A stretch of DNA of 64,000 nt from Stegostoma tigrinum (taxonomy: Eukaryota). Numbering within the stretch: the stretch's first letter is position 1; each line of letters starts with the position of its first letter. Both the position numbers and the translations under genes were made by a program. Below the pieces are notes generated by a model. The model was not told the origin of the DNA. It did no database searches and saw only the letters and a program-made list of their open reading frames with translations. Shown here piece by piece: positions 39,801 to 51,699 of this stretch. The DNA is taken from positions 28,213,078 through 28,277,077 of the forward strand of contig NC_081370.1 in assembly GCF_030684315.1 (NCBI RefSeq), given 5' to 3'.

Positions 39801-42592
39801 AAGGGCAAATGATGTATTGTACTTTAACTTCCAGAACACATTTGATAGAGGGCCATGTCAAAGGTTACTGCAGAAATTAAAAGCTTGCAGTGTAGGAGGT
39901 AGCATACTGGCATGAACAGAATAAATACGTCTCTCAAGTTGGCAACAATGTAGTGAATGGTGTGCCACAGGGGTCAGCATGGGATCTCAGATGCTCACAA
40001 CTTTTATAAATGAAGTATCTCCTGACACCCACGCTACCGTGATATATTCTGATTGCGCATGCTCACTTCTTTTTGGAAATGTTTGCTCATGTACAATATA
40101 AGGCTAACTTTAAAGAATTAAATAAAAATCTACCGTTTAGAAGTTTATCTATTTAATTTTGTTTTACATTTGAGTATGTTAGGTTTTTAACATTCTTGAT
40201 TTAAAGTTAATTTCGCAATTACAGCAGAAAGGTGCATGCTCCAGGGTTTTGACAGACAGTCATATATAAACGCCTCGAATGTAGGAACTGAAAGTATAGT
40301 TTCTAACTTTGTTGATGACAAAAGTAGTTAGGAATATACACTGTAAAGAGGACAAAGAAAGTACAGAGGGATGCAAAATATCTTAAGCAAATGGGCAAAG
40401 ATTCTGACAATGGTACAACATAGGAAAACGTGAAATTGTCCATTTTGGTAGGAAGAATAAAAAAAGAACGTAAACAATTGTTAAACTCGGAGATACAGAG
40501 ACATCTGGGTGTCCTAGTGAATGAGTTACAAAAGATTAGTATGCAGGTACAAACAATTAGGGAAGCTAATAAAGTGTTCTTGGGAAGCAAGTACAAAAGA
40601 AAGGAGGTTATGCTTCATTTATACAGGACACTGGTGGGATTGTGTCAGGACTACTCAGCACACTACTGGTCAACATATTTAATGATGCATGTAACTGTGT
40701 TGGAAACATCTGAAAGTTACCTCCAATTATTTCATTATCTTCTGAGGAAAGGGCGGACAGGCTAGGCTTATATCTGCTGGAGTTTACAACAGTGAGGCAT
40801 GACATGATAAAAGTACTCAAGATCCTAACAGTCTTGTCAGAGTAGATGAGGAGTAGACGTTTCCTCTTATTGGAGAGTGAAGAACTAGGAGTCATTGTTT
40901 AAAATTCAGGGGTGGCCCATTTGAAAAAAAAAAGAGATGAGGTGAATTTTTCTCCCCCTCTCAAAGTGTTGTGTGTCTTTGGAACTCTTGTTAACATGAT
41001 AGAAGAGGGGCCTTGAATATTTTTAAGGCAGATGAAATTAAATTCTTACTAAGTAAGAGCATAGAAGATCATCAGGGGTTGTTGAAATGCAGATGAGATT
41101 ACAACCATACCGATAATGGAGGTGGGAATCAGAAGTGAAGGTAAAGATTGTGAAATAGCATTGTTAAGAGATGAAATGAGAACAATTGAGAGATGATCTC
41201 GGCTCAGATGATGTACAATCTATTGCGTGGAGGTAACTAACAGCAAGGGAAAGACAACATTCTTAGGAGTAGTGTACCGACCACAACCCCTCCCCAACAA
41301 AAGCCAAAATGTAGGAAAGGGCAAAATGCAACAAATTAAAGGAGCACGTCAAAAGAATATAGAGAAACAGTTATGGATGACTTTAATCTTTATGTTGATT
41401 AAATCATGTTGGAAAAGGTTTGCCATGGCAACAAGTTCATCAAGTGCATTAGAAATAGGCTTCTGAGAGCAATACATTATGTAGACAATCAGGTAGTGGA
41501 TTATCCCAGATCTGGTAATCATTAAATGAACCAGATTTAATTAAGCCAAGTAAAAGATCCCCTTGGAAGTCAGACCATAACACCATAAGAATTAGGAACA
41601 GGAGTAGGCTGTTTGGCACAGTAGGCTTGAGGAGCCATTCAGTAGGATCATGGTCGATCCAGCACAACTCGTATCCATTTGCCTGCCCTTTTCCCTTAAT
41701 CCTTGACTGCCCTACTGCTGCCTTAAGAACAAGAACTCTGCCCTCAGTATAAGGAATTGGGACTACTGTTCACCAAAAATATATTAATTGACCATTTTGG
41801 ACCAAGTGACTCACTCCCATGTTCTTGTTATTTTACGGTTAACTTTTAAAAATGTTATTTTTGGTAGTTTTGCTGTTATATTAATCCAAATATTTACCAA
41901 CTTGTATTAATACAATAGGTCTTTTGTGAACATAAATCATTACTGCTTTGAATCATCTCTAGGAAACAAATTGAATTTGCCACAACCTTTTTTCTCACCG
42001 AATGTGCTGTGGATCCACATAGTCCATTCCATGTTATCACTTCATTCTTTGCTGTTGAAGGTTCTGTTATTCTAAACACATTATCTTGTCCTATCACCTC
42101 ATCATGTACTACTGAAGGACCTATGTAAGATGCTCTATTTTGTGCCTTGTGATCTCTTGATGTTGAAGATACTGAAGTCCTGCCTACTGTATTTTGTGTT
42201 AACTTTTCATCTCCTGCAATTGAACATAACGTTCCTACAAATTTCTTATCTTGGACCTTCATCTCATCACTTGCTGTTGAAGATGGCACTTCACATATTT
42301 TCTCCTGTGCTGTAATTTCAGCCTTCCCTATTGGGAATGTAACTTCACATACTTCTTCGTGTGTTAATATCGCACCACTTGGCACTGAAGACTTTGTTAC
42401 ATGGCATGCTTCAACTTGCACTTTTACCTCATCTTTCTGAATTGAAGATTCTGCTGATTCTCTTTCGCCACTGCATAACTGATTATCTGGTAACCAATGT
42501 ACTCTTCTATTCTGAGCACGCTTCAGAACTTCACACCCAAGCTCTGACGAGCGCCTCAAAGCACTGTGAAGCTGGCAGCTACTAGGTTCCAT
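33685..42592 (-). CDS. AKIP1: A-kinase-interacting protein 1, spliced CDS of about 161 aa
   Basis: Exons 42592-42428, 39004-38924, 35278-35183, 33828-33685, all phase 0 with GT-AG. Peptides [36 protein letters not shown] and [31 protein letters not shown] match AKIP1 conserved blocks. The donor of the first coding exon is uncertain. Confidence 0.88.
34247..34872. mobile_element. Asymmetric fold-back Penelope copy in the last intron of AKIP1
   Basis: 92-bp tailed - arm, 10-bp linker, about 525-bp + arm; TSD TCAAGAATTAGAAA at 34233-34246 and 34873-34886. Confidence 0.92.
35183..35278 (-). CDS. AKIP1: AKIP1 96-nt exon
   Basis: cttgtag|[32 protein letters not shown]|gtgagt. Confidence 0.88.
36045..36740 (-). 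mobile_element. CR1-type LINE 3' fragment
   Basis: [28 protein letters not shown] and a CR1-like 3' UTR. Confidence 0.8.
38924..39004 (-). CDS. AKIP1: AKIP1 81-nt exon
   Basis: tttttcag|[27 protein letters not shown]|gtaaga. Confidence 0.88.
39052..39253. mobile_element. Degenerate family-2 fold-back copy
   Basis: AGCATCTATAGAGAGAGAAACA.. mirrored by ..TGCTTCTCTCCCCATAGATTCT. Confidence 0.55.
39640..41120 (+). mobile_element. Degenerate CR1-type LINE, interrupted at about 40020-40280
   Basis: Remnants of [30 protein letters not shown]. Confidence 0.75.
42428..42592 (-). CDS. AKIP1: AKIP1 first coding exon (frame stays open to 41894)
   Basis: atcATGg start at 42592 (in-frame upstream ATG at 42634); [22 protein letters not shown]; phase-0 donor GAG|GTAAAA. 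Confidence 0.75.
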
Positions 42593-43437
42593 GATGATGC
42601 AATTCTGGTGAAATATGAAATTGCTTGTCAACATTTTCTGCCCAACAAAAAAAAAATAAAAAAGTGCATGAAATAATACTTTCCACTTTAACTCTACTTT
42701 GGTAATTCATTCTGCACATCTTTTAAGATGATAATCTTTATCTTTCTTTATTGTACTATCTTACATCAAGAATACGCAATGAAATACCAAAACTGAATCA
42801 ATGTTCATTGTAAACTTTGGCTTCATGTATAACCACAAGTTTTATTCTACCTGGGCTTTAGTATACATGCAAATTAATATGACAAGTATAGAGGTGCATT
42901 TAGCTCCCAAGGTTTGAATTTATGCAATGTCAGCTGAGCCATTATATCAAAACTATTCACTGTCCACATGGGCTATAAAGCAATTGCTTGCCCAAAATCC
43001 ACACTAAGGTATCAGAATTTTTAAAATGCAATGAAAGCTTGTGGGGAAAAAAAGACAGGAAAGAGGAGTTGGGGTGATATCAGATCATGATCTCATTGAA
43101 TGGTGAGGCAAACTTGATGGGTTGAATGGCTTACTTCTGCTCCCATGTCATGTGATGTTTTCCTGAAATCCCTAATGAAAATGATAGCATGGGAAAGCAT
43201 TGGGTGAAGACAAGACCCAATGCTGTTACTTCAATGGTTGTAACTTTCAGGATTCAGTTATTAAATTACTTGGTGTTCATTCCTGTAGCCTTGCCAGCTG
43301 ATTCTTTAAATGCTGGAGTGTTGTATTCACATTACATTTGTCCATCTGCTCTCACTTCAATGCAGTCCTGTCCAAGGTATGGCCTCCTTGCTCATTAATA
43401 TGCCTATTTATTTGAATTCACAGCAACATAAAACATT

Positions 43438-43493
43438 TCTTCTCTCTCTCTCTCTCTCTCTCCCAGAAATCAGTCTTCCCCCCCCCCCCCCCC
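43438..43493 (+). repeat. (CT)n microsatellite followed by a poly-C run
   Basis: About 12 CT units and a run of about 17 C. Confidence 0.9.
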
Positions 43494-43494
43494 T

Positions 43495-43838
43495 TTTCCT
43501 GGACACTAGGAAGTTGTTTCCAATAGGCGGGGAGACTAGGACCCATGAGCACAGCCTTGAAATTAGAGGGGGTAAATTTAAAACTGAAGTGAGGCAACGT
43601 TTCTTCAGCCAGAAAGTGGCAGGCTTGTGGAATTCATTGCCATGGAGTGCAGTGGAGGCTGGGACGTTGGATGCCTTCAAGGCAGAGATTGACAAATTCT
43701 TGATCTCACAAGGAATCAAGGGGCTACGGGGAGAGTGCAGGGAAGTGGAGTTGAAATGCCCATCAGCCACGATTTAAATGGCAGAGTGGACTTGATGGGC
43801 CGAATGGCCTTACATCCACTCCGATGTCTTACAGTCTA
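43495..43838 (+). mobile_element. CR1/HER1-type LINE 3' end
   Basis: KLFPIGGETRTHEHSLEIRG..RFFSQKVAGLWNSLP..FKAEIDKFL. Confidence 0.85.
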
Positions 43839-44139
43839 AAAAAGTTGAGCCCAATTTGCTTTTCTCTTTGAATTTATTCCACACTTTTGCCAGTTTATTT
43901 CATAAACCAACAACACAGCATGCTCTATGCTGGCTTAGTGTTTTTAACTTCAGTTTGCAAGCTTGCTTTGAAACTTCATTTATTTCACAAGAGTTTTCTA
44001 TATCCATCTTATTTTGGGCGCCCTACTCCCTCCACTGGTTAACCATTGTCAATTCAACAGTTACGTTTTACTACAAGAGCAGCTGTCTGAATTAGTACCA
44101 GATTATTTGCATCCCCCTTCACGCACTTTTTTTTAAACT

Positions 44140-45030
44140 GTGATTATTTACCTTGCAGCAAAACGGTGCAGGTTAAGTCCGGAAGCACAGCAGTGGCGTG
44201 ATCTCCAGGTGAGGCGAGGTGAAGTCTGCTTTCAAAATTGCGCGCTCTAAAAGCAGGCCTTTCGCAACAAATTTCAGTGTGGGTGCTCGTCTTAAACGTT
44301 CAACTTCCAACTGCTGGAACTGACACTTTCTCTACGCACCTTAACCCGACAAAACTCGCCAAGGCCAGCGCAGCTACATTACAGCATGGCATAACACTGG
44401 TCCGAACAACTCCAGCCTGTCCTCTCACCAACTGTACTATCTAACGCCAGATTTCCGCTTGAGATGAAAAAAAAGCAAAATGCTAACATGTTTAATAAAC
44501 TTCGCTGGTAAAACCTAACCTCTGGATTGCATTAATAGCACACTAAACAGCTGATTAACACCCCTACGCTGTTACTTTCTTAATCACCGCCTTTTTAAAA
44601 AAAAAATTATAGGAACGCTATACCAAAAGCTCTTCCTTTAGAATCAACCAGCGCCTGGTTCCTCCCCCAGGAAATACTCGAAAACACGTGCAAAAGCGGA
44701 GCAGGGTTAAACGGCTCCTCCAATAGGAACGGTTCCAAGTAACAACTGCACGTTGCTTGGCCTGCTGTGTTCATCCAGCTCCACACTTTGTTATCTGGGA
44801 TTCTCCAGCATCTGCAGTTCCCATTATCTCTGAAACAATTGCCTCTTATTCACAAATGAGCAAACCACCCCACGGAAACGCACTAACCTTCTCACTGACC
44901 GAGGGTCGCGGCTGCTTGTTATAAACTGGAGCGATATTCCGTCACAAGAAGACCCTCCTCTTCCTCCTCACGTCAATCAAAAAGACCTCCCAAACCACAG
45001 CAGAAGTCAGTTTGTGAGGCGCGGATTTGT
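44140..45030. promoter_or_regulatory. CpG-richer promoter region of AKIP1, possibly bidirectional
   Basis: Donors on - at 44151 (AAG|GTAAAT) and 44887 (AAG|GTTAGT), donor on + at 44209 (CAG|GTGAGG); CCGGAAG, CACGTG, CCAAT and TCACGTCA motifs. Confidence 0.6.
44753..44833 (+). mobile_element. Solo tailed 3' end of the Penelope family
   Basis: TGCTTGGCCTGCTGTGTTCATCCAGC..CCCATTATCTCTGA; possible imperfect TSD AACAACTGC / AACAATTGC. Confidence 0.85.
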
Positions 45031-46609
45031 CTGGCTGTAGGATTCAGGGGAGATGCTTTCTCACCATTTTCCAATAGATGTACTTCGGGCTGTCAACCCT
45101 ATAGGATTGTCCTGGAGTCATTAATCTCTTGCACACGTTGCTGCAAACGAAGTCATAATTTTAAAAATCTTGTGTTTATTTGTGTTGAATACTTGTCTAT
45201 TATAAATATTGTAATTAACCTTAAGATTTGTCTTTCATTTGACTGTTAAGATTCATCCCATCTGATCAGAAAGGACCTGTTGGATTGATTGTGTCCAGTG
45301 ACCAATGTTGGGTAGGGATCAGGGCAAAAGGAGGCAACAGGAAGTGAGATGGAATCCTCAAGAGTGTGTCCAACTGCACTAAGAAAAATCTGAAACGACC
45401 AATTGGATGAGTTCCAATGAAGGATTACACTTGACATGTTAACCTCTTTAAGATTCAAATTATCTACTGAGTAGTTACAAATGTTTCTAAATACTTATAA
45501 TTGTATGGATCATGGAACAAGCAGCCTTTAAAAAAGCCACTTTTCAAAAGTTAATCAGAATGCACTGTCTGAAGAGCAACTAATACAATTAGTTAAATGC
45601 TAAGAGTAATGAAACAGGACTGTAACCAAAATTGAACTTCAACATTTTAAGGTAGTCCAATGCTCTGAGCAAAACCGCACACCGTTCTCTAAAGAAGAGT
45701 CATATTGATCTTAAAATATTAACTCTTTAGGAGGGTTAGGGTAGGTGTTAGTAGAGAACCCCCTGGCATGTTTCTAAACTTTTCCCTTTTTTTGTCTTAA
45801 CAAACTCCACTGTTTGTGCAAATTCACCTCAAAAATGGATCAGTTGAATGAGCTCCCTTTCCTCAATGTATTAGTTCAAAAATCCACTGGAGTGCTAGTA
45901 CAGTATGAAAAATGTTGTTCCCCTTTAGATCAGGATTGTCATAATATGTCTTGATGAATGCAAGTCAAAAATCTAAAGGATATTAAAAAATAAATGTTGG
46001 TAGTTCCTGACAAATACAACGTTAGCAGAAGTTTAATAAAAGTGAAACGTGTAATTGGCCTCAATGGGTTTGATCAGTCGAGGCTCAGAACTGCACAACA
46101 GTCTTTAATAGTCTGCTTGCATTTCTAGAGCTGCACGTTATGGATTCTTGGTCTTGATGTCATTAATGTGTCATGGTAATCTGTAATTCTTTTTAAACTT
46201 TCATTTATATAACAATTCATAACATACTCTGGAGATCTCAATGTGCTTTACTTCTCTTTGTTGGCAAATACAATAGCCAGCAGCAAATGAATACATTGTG
46301 ACAACAAAAAATAGAAGAATGAAATATATTTTTTAAATTATATAGTAATTGAGAAAAATAAAAATAAAGATAGTTGAGCTTCATCTTGAAGTCGAAGATG
46401 GATCATGTCTGCAGGGACACCACGTAAAAGGCCATGAATAAGGGAGGGAAGAATATACATAATGCAGCCCTCATCCTGATGGCCACCTTTGTGTGTGGCT
46501 GCATCAAGCTATGCGTAGATCCTTGATACACAGACACTAAGTATCACATTATACTAAGGTTCTGCCTGTCCCTGGTGTTGGAAAGGATGGCACTAGCCTC
46601 AGTGCCACA

Positions 46610-46890
46610 GAACACTGCAAGTAGTTGGAGAAATTTGCAAAGAAAAACACCTTTGACCACATGTGGTCAGCATGTAGTGTCCTCATGACCTTCTGGGAAA
46701 AAGAGAGGGCAGATACTGTTGGGTTGTTTCCTGAGGAGACTGTCAAAGTCATTTGGCAGAATGCCTCATCACCAGAACTTTCCAACAAGCACCAATACAT
46801 TGCTTGGCTGGTGGAGAGAAAGACTATGCAGAACTGAACTGCTTTAACAACTATGTATGTATGTATAGTTCTTTTTGTGAATAAGGTATA
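46610..46890 (+). mobile_element. Tx1/L1-like LINE ORF2 fragment
   Basis: EKFAKKNTFDH..WSA..FPEETVKVIWQNASSPELSNKHQYIAWLV resembles the Tx1 ORF2 C-terminal region. Confidence 0.6.
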
Positions 46891-46999
46891 TTCTTGAAAT
46901 TGAAAAGCAGTAACTGGTCAGCTTTGACCTGCTTTTTGTGGACAGGGTCTAGTGGCAATTTTCTATATCTCTGGAAAGACACTATAATGATACAAAAGC

Positions 47000-47584
47000 T
47001 GTAAGAGATATATTTTGTCGAAAGTTATTTTTGAAGACGATTTGACCATAGGTGCCAACCTGCGTCCTCCAAGCTAATAAAGTAAATGGCTTGTAAGGCC
47101 TTGGTTTTATTCTAAAGTTGGAACAATTGATGCAGCATGAATGGGTGGAGTCAGGCTCCCACAAAACCAGGATTTTAGTTTAGCTTTCAGTGGATGCTGC
47201 ATTTAGAAGCTGGTTATCAAAGCTACTGCATTTTTCTCTTTGTTACAGCGATAAACTTGGGTTCTCTTCCTACTGCCAGAATTACATGTGAGACAATCTG
47301 TTTTACTAAATTAGCCTTGGCCAAGAGTGTGTTTATGGGATGTTACTATATTGGAACAGTTACTGTAATTTAGTAGTTAAATAACCTATTATTCAGTTAA
47401 GTTATTCCAATTCTTCCTTCTTTTGTTTGTATTTCAACCATAGCATAGGAATAAAGTGCATTTTTCTTAAAACTATGTAGTGTAAATAATTGAATTACCG
47501 CTGCAACACAGAACCTTACACTTACCTTTAAATAAGAAAAAGTTAAGGTCTAGGCTATCTCTTTGATATATTTGAAGGGGTTTT
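47000..47584 (+). mobile_element. Possible solo LTR
   Basis: TGTAAG start, internal AATAAA motifs, LTR-like composition; 3' end interrupted by a SINE. Confidence 0.35.
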
Positions 47585-47938
47585 GGCACGTTGGCTCAAT
47601 GGTCAGCAGTGCTACCTCACAGTGCCAGGGGCCCAGGTTTGATTCCACCCTCTGTGGGGAGGGAACCATCTATGAGGAATTTGTATGCTCTCCCTGTGTC
47701 TGTGTGGTTTCCCCCTGGGTGCTCCAGTTTTCTCCCACGGTCTAAAGATGTACAAGATGGGTGAATTGGCCATGAGAAATTACCCATAGTGTTCAGGAAT
47801 GTATAGGTTAGGCGCATTAGCCATGGGATATACAAGATTACAGGGATGGGATGGGTCTGGGTGGAATGCTCTTTGGAGGGTCAATGTGAACTTATTAGCC
47901 TGAATGGCCTGTTTCCACACTGTAGGGGTTCTATTCTG
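47585..47938 (+). mobile_element. HE1-type tRNA-derived SINE
   Basis: Same A/B boxes and body as the 15862 copy; a 3' half-copy lies at about 12545-12705. Confidence 0.85.
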
Positions 47939-47954
47939 TTCATAACAATATCAG

Positions 47955-48770
47955 TGTCCCAGATACCTGGAAGCAGTATGGCTAGTTCTGGAACATGACT
48001 ATTCAGTACTATTGGTGGACTATCGTCAGGTCCCAAAGCCTTTGCAGTTAATGTTTTCTGTAAGCTGGACAACCATGCAGCTGCTCAGACGGTCCACACA
48101 CACTGATCAGCTGGCACACTGGCAGACACATTGCCTTCTGATTCCGGAAGCTGCTGCCAAACACAGACCTCAGAGGTCTGCACAACGGCTGGGGAAAAGC
48201 AGCAGGAACATAGTTAGCAGTGTCCAGTGCCTTCAGGCATTTCTTGATATCACTTGGAGTGAAAGAGATGGAAGTCTCCATTATCTCAGAAGTCCATAGA
48301 CTGCTCTTTCACTTGAGGGAGATGACTACTGGTAAGTTTAGGGTCACCATGCCTAAATGAAATTGGTTGAAGACTGGTATCAGTGATGTTGGAAACCTGA
48401 GGAGGAGGCTGAGACTGATCATCCATTTGGCACTTATTGCTGAAGATGAATGTAAATGCTTCAGAGTTTTGCAGTGACATCCAGGGATCCCCCCATCACT
48501 GAGGATGACATTTTTGTGGATTTTCTTCCTCTTGTTAGTTGTTTAATTGTGCACCACTATCCACAGCTGGATTTGGTAGGACTATGGAGTTAGGCCTGAT
48601 CTGTAAATTGTGTGATAGCTTAGCTCTGTGTATCTCGTACTGTACCTGCTGTTTCTCGTACAAGCAATCCTATGTTGTCGCCTCATCATTTTGACACCTC
48701 ATAGCGCTGCTCTTGGCATGCCGTCCTGTATTCTTCATTGAACCAGAGTTAATCCCCTGGCTTGAGTGAA
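47955..48770 (-). mobile_element. Degenerate LINE fragment (pre-RT region)
   Basis: FTPSDIKKCLKALDTA..KALGPD..VPELA peptide remnants. Confidence 0.6.
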
Positions 48771-49262
48771 GAATATGCAAGGCCATATTACTGTGTGTGT
48801 AAAATTGCCTCCTTTCTTTCCCTGAGCTAATGCAAGTGGCCTTACTTAATAATCTCCTTGAATATCATCCTTCTTTACAGCTGCCATTGTTTCTTTGAAC
48901 AAAATTGCCACACTTTTTTGTTTATTTCTAACCACTGCTTTCTTTGCCTCAAAGCCTTATCTAGTATCTACTCATCTTCAACCTATTTGCCAACATGCAT
49001 ATCAGGTTCAGCCAGAACTATATACATCATCACAGGGTGCAGAAACTGAATACTGGAGAAAAGATCAAGTAGTATCTTTGGCATTTAGTTTGTCTGAGAG
49101 GACACCAAGAGGCCTGCTTAAGTCTAAGGTCAATAGAAGTCAACTAAACTAGTTGACGGTGGTCATACCTCACATATATGAAGAATGTCATGGTTGCTGG
49201 TAGACAATTATCACTGTCCCAGATCATAACCACAGAAGTTCTTAAGGAAGTAATTTAGCCCA

Positions 49263-49458
49263 GAGATAATGGGAACTGCAGATGCTGGAGAATCCGAGAT
49301 AACAAAGTGTGAGGCTGGATGAACACAGCAGGCCAAGCAGCATCTCAGGAGCACAAAAGCTGACGTTTCGGAAAATTTTTCTGATGAAGGATTTAGGCCC
49401 GAACAGCTTTTGTGCTCCTAAGATGCTGGTTGTTCATCCAGCTCCACACTTTGTTATG
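49263..49458. mobile_element. Short fold-back copy of the Penelope family
   Basis: TSD AGTAATTTAGCCCA at 49249-49262 and 49459-49472; turns around at the hammerhead motif. Confidence 0.9.
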
Positions 49459-49815
49459 AGTAATTTAGCCCAAGCATCTTTAGTTGTTTTATCAGTAACC
49501 TTTCTGCTGTAATTAGGTCAAGAATATGGCTGTTCACTGATGATGTCAGGTTAACTACATTCACAAATGCACTAATACTAGAGCAGCCTTTGTCAGCCCA
49601 CAGAAGAACTTTGATATTATTCATCCTTGGGCTGGTAGATGCCAGGTAATACATCTGGTAAGTGTTAGGTAATGATGATCCCCAACAAACAAATAGGCCG
49701 CAAGAAAATACGCCAAGCACACCCTTTTACTCTTAAGTCATAGTCCAACATCCACAATCACTCCATTCTGAGGATTGCATTAACCAGAACTTTAATAGGA
49801 TCAGCTCTATCAATA

Positions 49816-49939
49816 AAACAAAGAACTGTGGATGGTGGAAGTCTGAAGAAAGCTCACTGAATCTGAAATGTTAGCTCTACTTTCGGCCCACAGATGCTGC
49901 CAGACCTGCTGAATTTCTCCAGCAACATCTGTTTTGGTT
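49816..49939. mobile_element. Family-2 Penelope-like mini element (inverted tail + 3' arm)
   Basis: CTGAAGA..GAAATGTT core at 49843-49872; imperfect 15-bp TSD TCAGCTCTATCAATA / TCAGCCATATCAATA. Confidence 0.65.
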
Positions 49940-50405
49940 TCAGCCATATCAATACTGTGACTACAACACCAGGACAGATTACTAGCTGCTCTGTCTACCA
50001 TCCACAAGGTTTGGGTCAGGAATAAAGTGGAATATTCAGTACTTACCTGGATTTGGCATTGCAGCACTCAAGAAGCTGGGCACTATTCATGGCAGATCAT
50101 GTTTCTTTATATGATCTTCTGTCACTACACCCATTATGCACCTCATCCATCACCAGTTCTTTGTTTACTTTAAAAACTCAACAATATTATGTGAAGTAAC
50201 CTTCCCCTTGTGCAACCAAAACTATTAAGAGATGTGTGACCAATAATACAATTTTTATGTTCCCCTCCCAAATGCATGCAGGATGCTGATCCATCATTGT
50301 CTCTGGGAGAATAGCCTAGAATTCCCTACCTCACACTATCCCCCTATACTGTGAATCCAATTACAGAATGTGGCTCCTATAACACATTATTATATGAAAT
50401 ACACA

Positions 50406-50602
50406 TATAGTTGTTTCTGCTATAACATGTGTTTCTTTAACATGAATTGACTGTAACGCAATTGATGAATAGTGGACACTGTTCAGGTTACATAAAGTTG
50501 CTGCTGTACAGTATAGCGGCTTTCTGTTGTGATTTCCCTACAATGGTGATTTTCTATAGCGCAAGGTAGCACAACTGCCATGGTATAGGAGAACTACCTG
50601 CA
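50406..50602. mobile_element. Possible Tc1/mariner-type MITE
   Basis: Degenerate terminal inverted repeats TATAGTTGTTTCTGCTATAAC / GTATAGGAGAACTACCTGCA. Confidence 0.45.
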
Positions 50603-50729
50603 TACGAGCAACTTGATGATAATTCAATAACTGAAATAGCACATGAGCTGTATTCAAATATTCCAAGTTATAATTACAACTGAACAAAATAGCAAATTGA
50701 ACATTGCTTCACAGAATTCAGAGAATAGA

Positions 50730-51630
50730 TCTATTATACCCATTGAAGGAGATAGCTGAAGAGATAGTGGAAGCGTTAGTGGTAACATTTCAAGAATCAC
50801 TGGAGTCAGGGAGCATCACAGAGGACTTGAAAATTGCTAATGTAATCCCTACTGTTTAAGAAGGGAGTAAGGTGGGAAATTCCAGGTTGATTAGCCTGCC
50901 CTTACTTGTGGTAAGACTTTGGAGTCTATTGTGAAGGATAAAATTTCTGAACATGTGGAAGTGCATGGTAAAACTCAGCAAAGTCAGCATTGTTTCATCA
51001 AGGGGAGATCATGCCTGACCAATCCATTAGAATTCTTTAAGGAGGTAACAAGCAGGTTAGACCAAAGAGAGCCAATGGCTGTTATCTATCTGGACTTCCA
51101 GAAGGCCTTTGACAAAGTGCCTCAAAGGAAGCTGCTGAGTAAGACAAGGGCCCATGGTGTCAGAGACAAGGTACTAGCATGGATCCAAGATTGGCTGTCT
51201 GGCAGAAAGCAGAGAGTGGGGATAAAATGGTCATTCTCAGGATGGAAGCCAGTGACTAGTGATGTTCCACAAGGGTCAGTGTTGGGACCACAACTTTTCA
51301 CTTCATGCAATAATGATCTAGACAAAGGAACTGAGGGACTTCTGGCTAAATTTGCAGATGATATGAAGATAGGTGGAGGGACAGGTAGTGTTGATGAGGT
51401 GGGAGGCTGCAGAAAGGTTTAGACAGTTGAGGAGAGTGGGCAAAGAAGTGGCAGATGGAATACAATGTGGGCAAGTGTGAGGTTATGCACTTTGGTGGGA
51501 AGAATAGAGGCATAGACTATTTTCTAAATAGGGAGAAAATTCAGAAATCTGAAGTACAAAGGAACTTGGGAGTCCTAGTCCAGGTTTCATTTAAGGTAAA
51601 CTTGCAGGTTGAGTCGTAGCTAGGAAGGCT
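50730..51630 (+). mobile_element. CR1/HER1-type LINE fragment (RT domain)
   Basis: YLDFQKAFDKVP, VPQGSVLGPQLF, KFADD; frameshifted flanks. Confidence 0.9.
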
Positions 51631-51699
51631 CTGAGTTATGGAGTTTTGAGTCAGTTTTGTCGTTCTGTGTGGATTTACATAAGTCCAGGTTCTTCAGCT

